DNA from: Spirochaetia bacterium
GTDB lineage: Bacteria; Spirochaetota; Spirochaetia; CAKZLE01
Direction: 5' to 3'
NCBI GenBank assembly: GCA_963677595.1
Contig: OY782041.1
Coordinates: 2,656,001 to 2,720,000 of the forward strand
DNA: 64,000 nt
Under the pieces are notes generated by a model. That model made no database searches and was not told the origin of the DNA. It was given only the letters and a program-made list of their open reading frames with translations. This document shows positions 46,732 through 56,690 of this stretch, piece after piece (the first letter of the stretch is position 1; each line of letters starts with the position of its first letter). The translations under genes and the position numbers were made by a program.

Positions 46732-48483
46732 TTGAGTACTGTACATATGAAAATAAACGGTAACCCGGTAGAGGTGCCTGCAGACTACACCCTGCTCGCG
46801 GCTGCCAAGATGGTTAATGTGAATATCCCGACGCTCTGCTATCACCCGGACCTGCCTGCATGGGCTGCATGCGGAATCTGTGTGGTGAAGCTCGAGAACT
46901 CACCCAAGATGGTCCGTGCATGTGCGACCCCGGTCGCAGAGGGGATGAGCATCATCACCCACGATCCCGAACTGCACCAGATCAGGAAGACGGTCATCGA
47001 GCTGATCCTGTCGACTCACCCCAACTCCTGTCTTACCTGCGGTCGAAACGGCTCCTGTGAGCTGCAGAGACTCGCTGCTGAGTTCGGTGTTCGTGAGCAG
47101 CCCTATGAGATCAGGCTGAAGGACCTCCCGAAGGATGAGTCCACCCCCTCGATCGTCCTCAACCCTGAGAAGTGCATCAACTGCGGCCGGTGTGCCCAGG
47201 TATGCCAGCAACTCCAGGGTGTATGGGCCCTCGAGTTCGTCGGAAGGGGAGAGGATACCATCATCGCCCCGGCTGCGAACCTGGAACTTGACGACAGCCC
47301 GTGTATCAAGTGCGGCCAGTGTTCAGCGCACTGCCCGGTCGGTGCCATCTTCGAGAAGGACCAGACGAGGAACTTCCTCAATGCCGTCAACGACGAGTCC
47401 AAGCACGTGGTCGTCCAGATCGCCCCTGCCGTCCGTGTCGCGATCGGTGAAGGGTTCGAGACTGAACCCGGCTGCGTCTGCACCCCGAAGATCTACGCTG
47501 CCATCAGGCGCCTCGGTGCCGATGCGGTATTCGATACCAACTTCGCTGCAGACCTCACCATCATGGAAGAGGGCTCAGAGCTCGTTCAGCGATTGACCGA
47601 AGGCTCAGGACCGCTGCCCCAGATCACCAGCTGCTGCCCCGCATGGACCGACTACATGGAGAAATACTACTACGACTTCATCCCCAACTTCTCCACTGCC
47701 AAGTCACCGATGATGATGCAGGGTGCGCTTACCAAGACCTACTATGCCGAGAAGGCCGGGGTAGACCCGAAAGATATCTTCTCCGTTGCCATCATGCCCT
47801 GTACCGCCAAGAAGTACGAGATCACCCGTGATGACAACATGTATGCATCAGGCCAGCAGGATGTCGACCTCGTGCTCACCACGAGGGAGCTCACCCGACT
47901 GATCAAGGCTTCAGGCATCGATTTCGCACACCTCCCGGCAGAAGAGGCTGACAGTCCCATCGGGAAGTACGCAGGTGCCGGTACTATCTTCGGGAACACC
48001 GGAGGGGTCATGGAGGCTGCCGTCCGAACCGCCTACGCACTGGTCGTCGGCAAGGAGATGGATGACTACAACATCGAGGTCGTTCGTGGTATGGATGGTG
48101 TCAAGCGCGGGTCAGTGGACTTCAACGGGACTGAGATCAAGGTCGCCGTTGCCCACGGTATGGCTAACGTCAAGGAACTCCTTGATGAGGTCAGGGTCGC
48201 ACGTGATGCGGGCCAGGAGCCGCCGTACCACTTCATCGAGGTCATGGCATGCCGGGGCGGATGTATCGCCGGAGGCGGGCAGCCCTACGCTACCACTGAT
48301 GAGATCAGGGAGCGAAGGATCGCGGGACTCTACAAGGATGATGTGAACGCCATCGTGCGATGTTCACACCAGAACCCTGAGATCCAGCAGGTCTATGCCG
48401 AGTTCCTCGGCAAGCCGCTGAGCGAGAAGTCTCACCACCTGCTCCACACTACCTACCAGGCAAGGCCGCTCTACAAGAAATAG
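46732..48483 (+). CDS. hndD: [FeFe]-hydrogenase catalytic subunit (group A, multimeric)
   Basis: H-cluster motifs TSCCPAW, MPCTAKKYE, EVMACRGGCIAGGGQP; TTG start after AAGGAGG. Confidence 0.97.
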   Translation: MSTVHMKINGNPVEVPADYTLLAAAKMVNVNIPTLCYHPDLPAWAACGICVVKLENSPKMVRACATPVAEGMSIITHDPELHQIRKTVIELILSTHPNSCLTCGRNGSCELQRLAAEFGVREQPYEIRLKDLPKDESTPSIVLNPEKCINCGRCAQVCQQLQGVWALEFVGRGEDTIIAPAANLELDDSPCIKCGQCSAHCPVGAIFEKDQTRNFLNAVNDESKHVVVQIAPAVRVAIGEGFETEPGCVCTPKIYAAIRRLGADAVFDTNFAADLTIMEEGSELVQRLTEGSGPLPQITSCCPAWTDYMEKYYYDFIPNFSTAKSPMMMQGALTKTYYAEKAGVDPKDIFSVAIMPCTAKKYEITRDDNMYASGQQDVDLVLTTRELTRLIKASGIDFAHLPAEEADSPIGKYAGAGTIFGNTGGVMEAAVRTAYALVVGKEMDDYNIEVVRGMDGVKRGSVDFNGTEIKVAVAHGMANVKELLDEVRVARDAGQEPPYHFIEVMACRGGCIAGGGQPYATTDEIRERRIAGLYKDDVNAIVRCSHQNPEIQQVYAEFLGKPLSEKSHHLLHTTYQARPLYKK

Positions 48484-48504
48484 GCTCAACGTATAGGGAA
48501 TACT

Positions 48505-48537
48505 CTCAGCCGCTGTCCATACCGGGCAGCGGCTGAG
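48505..48537 (+). terminator. Hairpin terminator after the hnd operon
   Basis: CTCAGCCGCTGTCC-ATACC-GGGCAGCGGCTGAG. Confidence 0.7.
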
Positions 48538-48620
48538 TTATATATGTGTATAGTGTAAAATCGTCAGTTTTTTCCCCTCACCAGCCGCTAAATCTGGTAT
48601 ATTAGTATCAGGAGGCAAGC

Positions 48621-49952
48621 ATGGCCAGGAATGATCAGTTCAAGAAGACCTTCGTGATCGACACCAATGTGTTCATCCACAGATCAGATGCTATCCTCTC
48701 CTTCAAGGAGAGCGAGATCGTCATACCCCTCTGGGTACTCGAGGAGCTCGATAAGCTCAAGTCCTTCTCCGATGAGCGTGGGCGCAACGCCCGTCATGCG
48801 ATCAGGTTCATCGAGGAGCGGGCCAAGAAGGGGTCCCTCTCCGACGGGGTGCGGATCGAGAACGGTTCCCTGCTTCGCGTCGAGATGGATTTCGACCGGA
48901 AGTATGCCAATGAACTGGCCCTCGACCGGAACGACAACAAGATCATCATCTGCGCGCTGACCCTGCAGGGGAAGAGCGCCTGGGAGAAGAGCGGCCGGGA
49001 GGTCTTCTTCGTCTCGAAGGATATCAACGCGCGGGTCAAGGCACGGGCCCTCGGGCTCCATGCAGTGGATTATGAGAAGCAGAAGGCTTCGATGTCTACC
49101 CTCTACTCCGGCTATAAGGAAGCCTCCATCACCTTCGAGCATGCTGAGAAGTTCAGGATGGACGGGTCCATGCCCTGGCCTGAGGAGCTGGTCAGGAACC
49201 AGTTCGTCCTCTTCGAGGTATCGGACAACCATGAGATGACCGTCCTCGGACGGTATGACAAGGATCTCGAGATGCTCAGGTACGTCGAACCCCATATCGA
49301 GGGGATCTCCGGCATCCATGCCCTGAACCCCCAGCAGCAGATGGCGTTCGACCTCCTGCTCGATGACTCGATCTCCCTGGTGACCCTGGTCGGCAAGGCC
49401 GGGACGGGCAAGACACTCCTTGCCCTGGCTGCCGGGTTCAAGAAGATCTTTGACGCGAAGTCGTATTCGAAGATGCTTGCGAGCCGTCCGGTTATGCCGC
49501 TCGGGAAGGATATCGGGTTCCTGCCGGGGGACAAGGAGGAGAAGCTCTCGCACTGGATGAAACCCCTCTATGACAACATGGAGCTGATCGTCTCGCAGAA
49601 CTCGCGGCCCGAGTTCAAGAGCGTCGATTCCCTCCTGAAGAGCAATAAGATCGAGATTGAGGCGATCACCTACATCAGGGGACGGTCGCTGCCGAAGCAG
49701 TATATCATCGTGGACGAGGCGCAGAATCTCTCGCCCCATGAGATCAAGACGATCGTCAGCCGTGCAGGGAAGGAGACGAAGGTCGTCATGACCGGGGATC
49801 CCTACCAGATCGACAGCCCCTACCTCGACAGTGACTCGAATGGCCTGACCTACCTGGTAGAGTCCTTCAAGGACCAGCAGCTCTTCGGGCACGTCACGCT
49901 GGCGAAGTCAGAGCGGAGCATCCTTGCCGAGCTCGCCGCGGAGCTGCTGTGA
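48621..49952 (+). CDS. PIN-PhoH fusion (PhoH2 family)
   Basis: FVIDTNV PIN motif; GKAGTGKT, IRGRS, DEAQN, GDPYQID. Confidence 0.93.
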   Translation: MARNDQFKKTFVIDTNVFIHRSDAILSFKESEIVIPLWVLEELDKLKSFSDERGRNARHAIRFIEERAKKGSLSDGVRIENGSLLRVEMDFDRKYANELALDRNDNKIIICALTLQGKSAWEKSGREVFFVSKDINARVKARALGLHAVDYEKQKASMSTLYSGYKEASITFEHAEKFRMDGSMPWPEELVRNQFVLFEVSDNHEMTVLGRYDKDLEMLRYVEPHIEGISGIHALNPQQQMAFDLLLDDSISLVTLVGKAGTGKTLLALAAGFKKIFDAKSYSKMLASRPVMPLGKDIGFLPGDKEEKLSHWMKPLYDNMELIVSQNSRPEFKSVDSLLKSNKIEIEAITYIRGRSLPKQYIIVDEAQNLSPHEIKTIVSRAGKETKVVMTGDPYQIDSPYLDSDSNGLTYLVESFKDQQLFGHVTLAKSERSILAELAAELL

Positions 49953-50635
49953 TGGAGGTGTTCTTCCTTGATCTCGTCAGATGCCCGCTCTTCTCCCATT
50001 TCACGGCGAAAGAGCTCTCAACCTTGCTCACCCCTGACCTCTATACCATAGAGACCTATGAGAAGGGGGAGATCGTGCGGCTGCAGGGAACGCGGTATGA
50101 GTCGCTCATGGTGCTGCTCAAGGGAAAGCTCAATGCACGCTTCCACGAGTACTCAGGGAAGACCATGCTCGTGGAGACCCTCTCCGCACCGGATCCCATC
50201 GCGGTCGGGGTCCTCTTCTCGGATGTGAACTACCTCCCGGTGACCACCGAGGCTGACGGCAGCGTGAAGATCATCACCATCAGGAAGAAGGGGATCATCA
50301 AACTGTTCCAGGCCAATGAGGAGATGCTCCTGAGCTTCCTGCGGGAGGCCGGGTCGAAGGTCGTATTCCTCGCTGAGAAGGTCAGGCTCTCGAGCATGGC
50401 GAGCCTTAGGCAGAAGATATCGGACTACCTGCTCCGCATGCGGGACCAGTTCAATGCCAATGAGTTCACCATCCCCTACAACCGCGAGAAGATGGCGGAA
50501 CTCCTCGGGGCAGCGAGACCCTCGCTCTCTCGCGAGCTGTCGAAGATGACAGACGAGGGTCTCATCGAGGTCTCCGGACGCGATATTCGCATCCTGCAGC
50601 CCGAAGAGCTGCAGGAGATGCTCGAATCCCTATAG
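49949..50635 (+). CDS. Crp/Fnr family transcriptional regulator
   Basis: cNMP-binding-type N-domain; C-terminal HTH MAELLGAARPSLSRELSKM. Confidence 0.92.
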   Translation: MMEVFFLDLVRCPLFSHFTAKELSTLLTPDLYTIETYEKGEIVRLQGTRYESLMVLLKGKLNARFHEYSGKTMLVETLSAPDPIAVGVLFSDVNYLPVTTEADGSVKIITIRKKGIIKLFQANEEMLLSFLREAGSKVVFLAEKVRLSSMASLRQKISDYLLRMRDQFNANEFTIPYNREKMAELLGAARPSLSRELSKMTDEGLIEVSGRDIRILQPEELQEMLESL

Positions 50636-52732
50636 GGCGAACTTGTAGAGCTGCAGGCAGTCCCCGCCTGAGGAGCTCACGAGGAGATAGCGGTCATCCG
50701 CGCTGACCGCACAGCTGTCGGGCACCAGGGCATCCGTCGACACGAAGGAATCATAACTCAGGTCAAAGTTCGCGAGGTCATTGTCGAAGCAGACGATCCC
50801 CTTGCCGGTCGAGGTCACGGCGAAGAGCCGGGAGACGTCGCTCGTTGAGTCGCAGTCCTTGGGGTTGAAGGCCACCGGGATGTGGGTCCCGCTCTTCAGC
50901 CGTGAAGTCTGCGTGAACTCCGGGACACCGAATGCAGCGTCAATCAGCTCATACTCCGCGATCGTGTCCGAGGCGAGGGTGAAGAGGGTGTTCCTCTCCG
51001 GGTGGAGCACCTGCTGGATCTCCGACAGGCCGTACCAGAGGCAGCTCGAGTGGCTGAAGGCATAGGAGCTCGAGAGAGCCCCCGAAGGCTCGATCTTCAG
51101 GATATGGAGCGAGTTCGTGGCATATGAGGCGAGGGAGAGCAGGGTGTCGTCATAGTCGACTGCCATGGACCTGATCGACACGATGGCGGGTTTGTTCTCC
51201 CCGAAGGTGAAGGCGTAGTTGCCCTCGAACGAGAAGGCCTGCCCTGCCTCCGTCCTGGTGAAGAGGGTGATCGTGTTGTTATCTGCGTTCCCGTCCGCCA
51301 CGAAGAGGTGGGTCCCGTCGCTGTTGAGGGCTATGGCGCCGATGTCGCTGATCGCGTAGGTCGCCCCGGGATCGTTGCTGCTGCAGAGGATGGTCTGCAG
51401 CCGGGAGATCGTATCGCTGTTGATCGAGTGGTTGAAGATCATGATCGCGTTCGAGTTGTCCGACCCGACCGCGATGATGGTGCCGTCCCCAGATGCAGCG
51501 ATCATGGACGGCCCGTCAAGCAGGTGGGCACTCCCGTCATGGGTGAAGGTCTGCTTCACGGTAAGGGTATCAGAGGTGTGCATCAGGGTCTGGACTGAAT
51601 CGGAGTTGCTTGCCGTGGTGATGATCAGCCCGTCAGGCAGTACCGCGATGTCGGAGATGCCGTCGAGGAGCATATCGGTCTGTTCCCCGTGGACATATTC
51701 CGCGAAGAGCAGGGGGGTGCCTGTGGTTACCGTTCCGATCGCATGGAAGTCCTGGGCGACCGACCCGGTGGACCCGATGTTCGGTGCCGTTACGACCACG
51801 TCGAGCCGGTGCTTCCCACCCGGGGCGTTTAACTGGATGGGGTTGCCCGTTGCGACATAGGCGCCGTCCACGAACCACTGACAGGTGAGGTCTGTCTGGA
51901 GGGAGTCCTCATCGGGGATGAAGGTGACCGGGATGGTGGGCTCCTCACCCGTGATGGTCTTCGGGAGACCTGAGATGGTACCGGAGATCGGGGGTGCGGA
52001 CGTGTCGGTGATCGGCAGCCCGAGGGTGACCTGCAGGTCGTTGAAGACCAGCGGTACCGTACCGGTGGTGGTCTTGGAGTCGATGATCCTGATGATCTCA
52101 GCCGACCCGCCGACCTTCGAGCCGTTCGAGGTCAGGGTGCTGCAGAAGAGGTAGGCTCCCGCAGGCCGGTCGGTGAGGGTGTAGGTGATCGATCCCCCTC
52201 CCGCAGCGGCGACCCCCTCGAGCACCTCAGCCTCCCCGGCGGAGCCGCAGAGCTCGATCGTCGAGGCCACGACCGGGTCGATGGTCTGCGAATCATCCCA
52301 CACGACGGTGATCTCGGCATTCCCGCTGCCGAAGAACTCCTCCATGACGACCTCCCCGGAACTGTTGTTGTTCGACAGGACGATGGACGCCTGACCCTGG
52401 ATCAGCCCGACATCGTTGCTCGAGTAGCCGATCGCCGTGATCTCCCAGGTGCCGGTTTGGAGCCCGGTCACGGTGATCTGGGATTCAGCTGTCTGCACCG
52501 AGAAACTGGTGCCGTCTGGACCGGCACCGATGACCGTGTACTTCACGACCGAGAGCGGGTTGTCGGGGTCGATAGTACGACTTCCCTGGTATCGCTCCAT
52601 CCGGATGTGGAGATCCGCGATCTCATCGGACTGCGTGCAGCCCGTCAGTAAGGCGATGAGGTATACCAGCACGAGGATGATACCTCCAAGAGAGACCCGA
52701 CTAGGTTTCTTCGTTTGGTTCTCTGTTCTCAT
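50630..52732 (-). CDS. Large lipoprotein with beta-sandwich domains and a C-terminal lactonase-like beta-propeller
   Basis: LLTGC lipobox; repeated blade-like SGDGT, NSDGTHLFVA, SADDRYLLVS; AGGAGG before ATG 52732. Confidence 0.75.
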   Translation of the reverse strand: MRTENQTKKPSRVSLGGIILVLVYLIALLTGCTQSDEIADLHIRMERYQGSRTIDPDNPLSVVKYTVIGAGPDGTSFSVQTAESQITVTGLQTGTWEITAIGYSSNDVGLIQGQASIVLSNNNSSGEVVMEEFFGSGNAEITVVWDDSQTIDPVVASTIELCGSAGEAEVLEGVAAAGGGSITYTLTDRPAGAYLFCSTLTSNGSKVGGSAEIIRIIDSKTTTGTVPLVFNDLQVTLGLPITDTSAPPISGTISGLPKTITGEEPTIPVTFIPDEDSLQTDLTCQWFVDGAYVATGNPIQLNAPGGKHRLDVVVTAPNIGSTGSVAQDFHAIGTVTTGTPLLFAEYVHGEQTDMLLDGISDIAVLPDGLIITTASNSDSVQTLMHTSDTLTVKQTFTHDGSAHLLDGPSMIAASGDGTIIAVGSDNSNAIMIFNHSINSDTISRLQTILCSSNDPGATYAISDIGAIALNSDGTHLFVADGNADNNTITLFTRTEAGQAFSFEGNYAFTFGENKPAIVSIRSMAVDYDDTLLSLASYATNSLHILKIEPSGALSSSYAFSHSSCLWYGLSEIQQVLHPERNTLFTLASDTIAEYELIDAAFGVPEFTQTSRLKSGTHIPVAFNPKDCDSTSDVSRLFAVTSTGKGIVCFDNDLANFDLSYDSFVSTDALVPDSCAVSADDRYLLVSSSGGDCLQLYKFAL

Positions 52733-52805
52733 TGTTTCCTCCTGTCTATTACCAACAGGAAAAAGGTGGAATTGATTCAAAACTTCGAACATATTATGAT
52801 AAATT

Positions 52806-53648
52806 ATGGTTTCCGTGATCATCCCTACCTTCGAACGTTATGAATTCCTCTGTGAGGCTGTAGATTCCGTACTGGACCAGCAAGTGAGTGACCTTGAGGT
52901 CATCGTCGTCGATGACGGCTCGTCTTCTCCGATCAGTCGGATCACGGAGCGTGACCCATCGGTCAGGTACCTGCGGGTCGACCACAGCGGGATGCCCGGG
53001 CTGGTGCGCAACCGCGGGGTGGCGATCTCCCGGGGTGCCTACCTGGCCTTCCTCGACTCTGACGACCTCTGGCAGCCGGGAAAACTCTCCCGGCAGCTCT
53101 CCTACCTCGAAGCGCATGATGAGTTTGACCTGGTCTATACCGGTGAGTTGTGGATGCGCAGCGGTAGGCGCATACGACAGAAGGCCTTCAGGCAGGGGGA
53201 GGGGGACGTATTCTCCCTGGCGCTGAAGCGGTGCATGATCGGTCCCTCCACGGTCCTGATGCGCAGGTCCCTCTTCGATGCGTACGGGGGCTTCCGGGAG
53301 GACCTGGAGATCTGCGAGGACTATGAGCTGTGGCTCCGCATCACTGCCGAGCATGCGGTCGGCTTCCTGCCGGAACCGCTGGTCACCAAGCGTGCCGGCC
53401 ATGGGGACCAGCTCTCGGAACGGTACGGGTACATCGAGCAGTTCCGTATCCAGGCCCTGAAGGAGCTGGTAGATGGGGAGTGGTTCTCCTCACACGGCCT
53501 GCCGCTTCAGCAGCAGGAGGCGGTGGAGGAGCTCATCCGGAAATACGGGATCTGTGGTGCAGGGGCGATGAAGCGGGGCCGTGCCGAAGAGGGGGAAGCG
53601 TACCTGAGACTCCGCGACCTCTATCGTCAGCGCCCCATCTCCTCCTGA
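52806..53648 (+). CDS. Glycosyltransferase family 2
   Basis: VSVIIPT, VVDDGS, RNRG, FLDSDD, EDYELWLR. Confidence 0.95.
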   Translation: MVSVIIPTFERYEFLCEAVDSVLDQQVSDLEVIVVDDGSSSPISRITERDPSVRYLRVDHSGMPGLVRNRGVAISRGAYLAFLDSDDLWQPGKLSRQLSYLEAHDEFDLVYTGELWMRSGRRIRQKAFRQGEGDVFSLALKRCMIGPSTVLMRRSLFDAYGGFREDLEICEDYELWLRITAEHAVGFLPEPLVTKRAGHGDQLSERYGYIEQFRIQALKELVDGEWFSSHGLPLQQQEAVEELIRKYGICGAGAMKRGRAEEGEAYLRLRDLYRQRPISS

Positions 53649-54457
53649 AGGATCTTCAGCAACGCAGGGTCCTGCTTCGCATAGGTGATGATGGTCCGCA
53701 GGTAGCCCTCAGGGGAACCGGTATCGAGCCTGGTCCCCTCGATGGGGGTGTAGACCACCTTCTTCATGTCCATGAGCTTCTGCAGCGCATAGACATGGTA
53801 ATACTCGCCTGAGGTATGCTTCTCCCAACCCTCCCGCAGGTAGGTGAAGATCTCGGGGGTGTAGAGGTACCGCCCTATGGTGGCCTCTTTGCTGGGCTCC
53901 GTTCCTGGAGCCGGCTTCTCGACGATCCCGGTCACATGGACGTTGTCATCATCGAGGGCGAGGACCCCGTACCGCTCGAGGTTCGGGGGATCATGCATGG
54001 TGGCCATGACCGAGCATCCGCTTTGCTCGTACATGTCGATGAGCTGCCTGCTCAGCGGTGTCTTGCCGAGATGGAGGTCATCCGGGTAGGCGACGATGAA
54101 CGGCTCATTCCCGATCGCTGCCTCTGCCTGGAGCAGTGCATGGCCGGTCCCGAGCATCCGGGACTGCCTGACGGTGGTCACGTTCACCGCGGGAGGTGTG
54201 ATGAGCTCGAGCTTCTGCTGGTTCCCTTCCTTCTCGAAGAGCGTCTCGAGCTCGACCTCCCGGTCGAAGTAGTCATCAAGCGCCTTCTTCCTCCTGCTGG
54301 TCATCAGCACGATATCGGTGATGCCGGAAGCGATGAACTCATCGATGATGAAATCGATGGATGGCCTGTTGAGGATCGGCAGCATCTCCTTCGGGACGGT
54401 CTTCGTCACGGGAAGGAACCGGGTGCCGTAGCCGGCTGCTATGATCAGTCCTTTCAT
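53627..54457 (-). CDS. galU: UTP--glucose-1-phosphate uridylyltransferase
   Basis: AAGYGTRFLPVTKTVPKEMLP, GTGHA, VEKP, IGRY. Confidence 0.92.
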   Translation of the reverse strand: MKGLIIAAGYGTRFLPVTKTVPKEMLPILNRPSIDFIIDEFIASGITDIVLMTSRRKKALDDYFDREVELETLFEKEGNQQKLELITPPAVNVTTVRQSRMLGTGHALLQAEAAIGNEPFIVAYPDDLHLGKTPLSRQLIDMYEQSGCSVMATMHDPPNLERYGVLALDDDNVHVTGIVEKPAPGTEPSKEATIGRYLYTPEIFTYLREGWEKHTSGEYYHVYALQKLMDMKKVVYTPIEGTRLDTGSPEGYLRTIITYAKQDPALLKILQEEMGR

Positions 54458-54592
54458 GAGTGAACTCCTGTGCAGTTGATTGGTTTGCCCCTACAGAGTA
54501 CCGGGAGAGAGCGGAAAAATCAACACAATAGCAGGCTTCGAGGAGCGTGCTCTCCTTGAAACTGGACTATGCATTCTGGTAGGATAGTCCGT

Positions 54593-55039
54593 ATGAAACT
54601 GAAGAACGTATTATCGAAAGAAGTCGTGAAAGTCGGCCTTGAAGGGACGACGAAGCAGGAGATCCTTGATGAGCTCCTCGATATCATCATGCTGACCGGG
54701 AAGGTCTCAGACCGGGAGACCGCTATGGACGGGCTCCTGGACCGTGAGTCGAAGATGTCCACGGGGATCCAGTTCGGTGTTGCCATCCCCCATGCCAAGA
54801 CGAAGGCTGTGAAGGAGCTGACCGCTTGCATTGGGATCAAGAAAGAGGGGATGGACTTTGCCTCATTGGACGGGGAACCGAGCTCCATCTTCGTCATGAC
54901 CCTCTCCCCGACAGACAGGACCGGTCCCCATGTCCAGTTCCTGGCTGAGATCAGCATGGTCCTGAAGACCGAGGAAGCGAGAAGGCAGCTGCTCGAGGCA
55001 GCCTCCCCGTCCGAAGTCCTTGCCGTGTTCGGGCTCTAG
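54593..55039 (+). CDS. PTS EIIA (Ntr/Fru-type) protein
   Basis: DRESKMSTGIQFGVAIPHAK; TTGAAA-18-TAGGAT 7 nt before ATG 54593. Confidence 0.92.
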   Translation: MKLKNVLSKEVVKVGLEGTTKQEILDELLDIIMLTGKVSDRETAMDGLLDRESKMSTGIQFGVAIPHAKTKAVKELTACIGIKKEGMDFASLDGEPSSIFVMTLSPTDRTGPHVQFLAEISMVLKTEEARRQLLEAASPSEVLAVFGL

Positions 55040-55049
55040 GCAGGCTGTC

Positions 55050-56690
55050 ATGACACATAAGATGCTGCAGCTCGTAATCCAGTTGGGGATCATCGTCATT
55101 GCCGCGAACTTTTCCGGCTGGTTCTTCTCTAAGAAACTGAAACAGCCTCGGGTTCTCGGGGAACTCATTGCCGGGATGGTCATCGGACCGTATACCCTGG
55201 GTTCGATCCATATCGCGGCGCTGGAAGGGGCTCTCTTCCCCCATACCGGGGAAGCTATCCCCGTATCTCCCGAGCTCTACGGGGTAGCTACGATCGGTTC
55301 GATCATCCTACTCTTCGTCTCAGGGCTTGAGACCGACCTGAAGACCTTCCTGAGATTCTCGGCGAAAGGCTCAATAGTCGGTATCGGGGGGATCATCTTC
55401 TCGTTTCTCCTCGGCAGCGGGGTTACCGTGCTGCTCAATCCGGCAGTCGATTCACTGATGCACCCAACAGCCCTGTTCCTCGGAACGATCTCGACCGCTA
55501 CATCGGTCGGCATCACCGCCCGGATCCTCAGCGAGAAGAAGAAGCTCTCCACACCGGAAGGGGTCACGATCCTGGCAGCGGCAGTACTGGACGATGTGCT
55601 GAGTATCATCCTGCTGTCGGTTGTCGTCGGGATCTCCATGGTCTCCGCATCAGGCGGGGATGTCGTGTGGGGCGAGATCGGGATGGTAGCCCTCAAGGCT
55701 ATCGGCTTCTTCCTCATCTGTACCCTCTTAGGCATCTTCTTAGCCCCAAGGGTCACCAGGGGGCTGAAAGCCTTCCAGTCTTTGGATATCATCATCAGCG
55801 CTTCGATCGGCATCGCGCTGATCCTTGCCGGGCTGTCGGAGATGGTGGAGCTTGCCATGATCATAGGGTCGTACATAACCGGGCTCTCCTTCTCTCAGAC
55901 CGATGTCTCCCACGCGATCAGGGAGAAAATCGAAGGTGTTTATGACTTCGTCGTACCGATTTTCTTCTGCGTAATGGGCATGATGGTGAACTTCATGGCC
56001 ATGGTCGATGTGATCTGGTTCGGCCTTGCCTTCACGCTCATTGCCTTCGTTGGGAAGGTCGTCGGATGCGGTCTCCCATCGATGTTCGTTGGGTTCAATA
56101 TACGGGGGGCGCTTCGGATCGGCTCCGGGATGCTCCCGAGGGGTGAGGTAACCCTGATCGTCGCCGGGATCGGGCTTTCCAGCGGTGCGATCGGCCATGA
56201 TATGTTCGGTGTGGCCATCATGACCATGCTCTTTGCCAGTGTCGCTGCACCTCCGCTGCTGATCAGGAGTTTCTCAGGCGGCTCCGGCTACCGGTCAACC
56301 CTCGAGGAGAAAGATGAAGCTGTATCCATAGAGCTTTCCTTCCCCTCTCAGATGGCTGCCGATTTCATGCGCCGCTCCCTGGCGGAGGGCTTCAGGAGCG
56401 AGGGGTTCTTCGTCAACCGGCTAGACCATACTGCCCACGTCTACCAGCTCAGGATGGAGCTCGTGGTATTGACCCTCATCCAGGAGGGGGAGAAGATCAT
56501 CCTCAACACGCCCCCGGAGCATGAACAGTTCGTGCGGCTGATGATGATGGAGCAGCTGCTGGACTTCAAGGACTTCCTCTCAGGACTCGAATCGATGAAG
56601 AGCCCTGACATGATGGGAGCTGAACTGCTCATAGGCATGTTCGCAGAAGAAGGGGCCAGGAAGTCAAAAGAGTCGGGTGCTTCCTCATGA
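55050..56690 (+). CDS. Cation:proton antiporter (CPA2, NapA-like) with C-terminal soluble extension
   Basis: QPRVLGELIAG, ATSVGIT, AAVLDD, GK, PRGEV. Confidence 0.92.
   Translation: MTHKMLQLVIQLGIIVIAANFSGWFFSKKLKQPRVLGELIAGMVIGPYTLGSIHIAALEGALFPHTGEAIPVSPELYGVATIGSIILLFVSGLETDLKTFLRFSAKGSIVGIGGIIFSFLLGSGVTVLLNPAVDSLMHPTALFLGTISTATSVGITARILSEKKKLSTPEGVTILAAAVLDDVLSIILLSVVVGISMVSASGGDVVWGEIGMVALKAIGFFLICTLLGIFLAPRVTRGLKAFQSLDIIISASIGIALILAGLSEMVELAMIIGSYITGLSFSQTDVSHAIREKIEGVYDFVVPIFFCVMGMMVNFMAMVDVIWFGLAFTLIAFVGKVVGCGLPSMFVGFNIRGALRIGSGMLPRGEVTLIVAGIGLSSGAIGHDMFGVAIMTMLFASVAAPPLLIRSFSGGSGYRSTLEEKDEAVSIELSFPSQMAADFMRRSLAEGFRSEGFFVNRLDHTAHVYQLRMELVVLTLIQEGEKIILNTPPEHEQFVRLMMMEQLLDFKDFLSGLESMKSPDMMGAELLIGMFAEEGARKSKESGASS

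Noticed and set aside
48621-49952. PIN-PhoH as a novel toxin or phage gene
   Set aside because: Widespread chromosomal PhoH2 family in an ordinary context.
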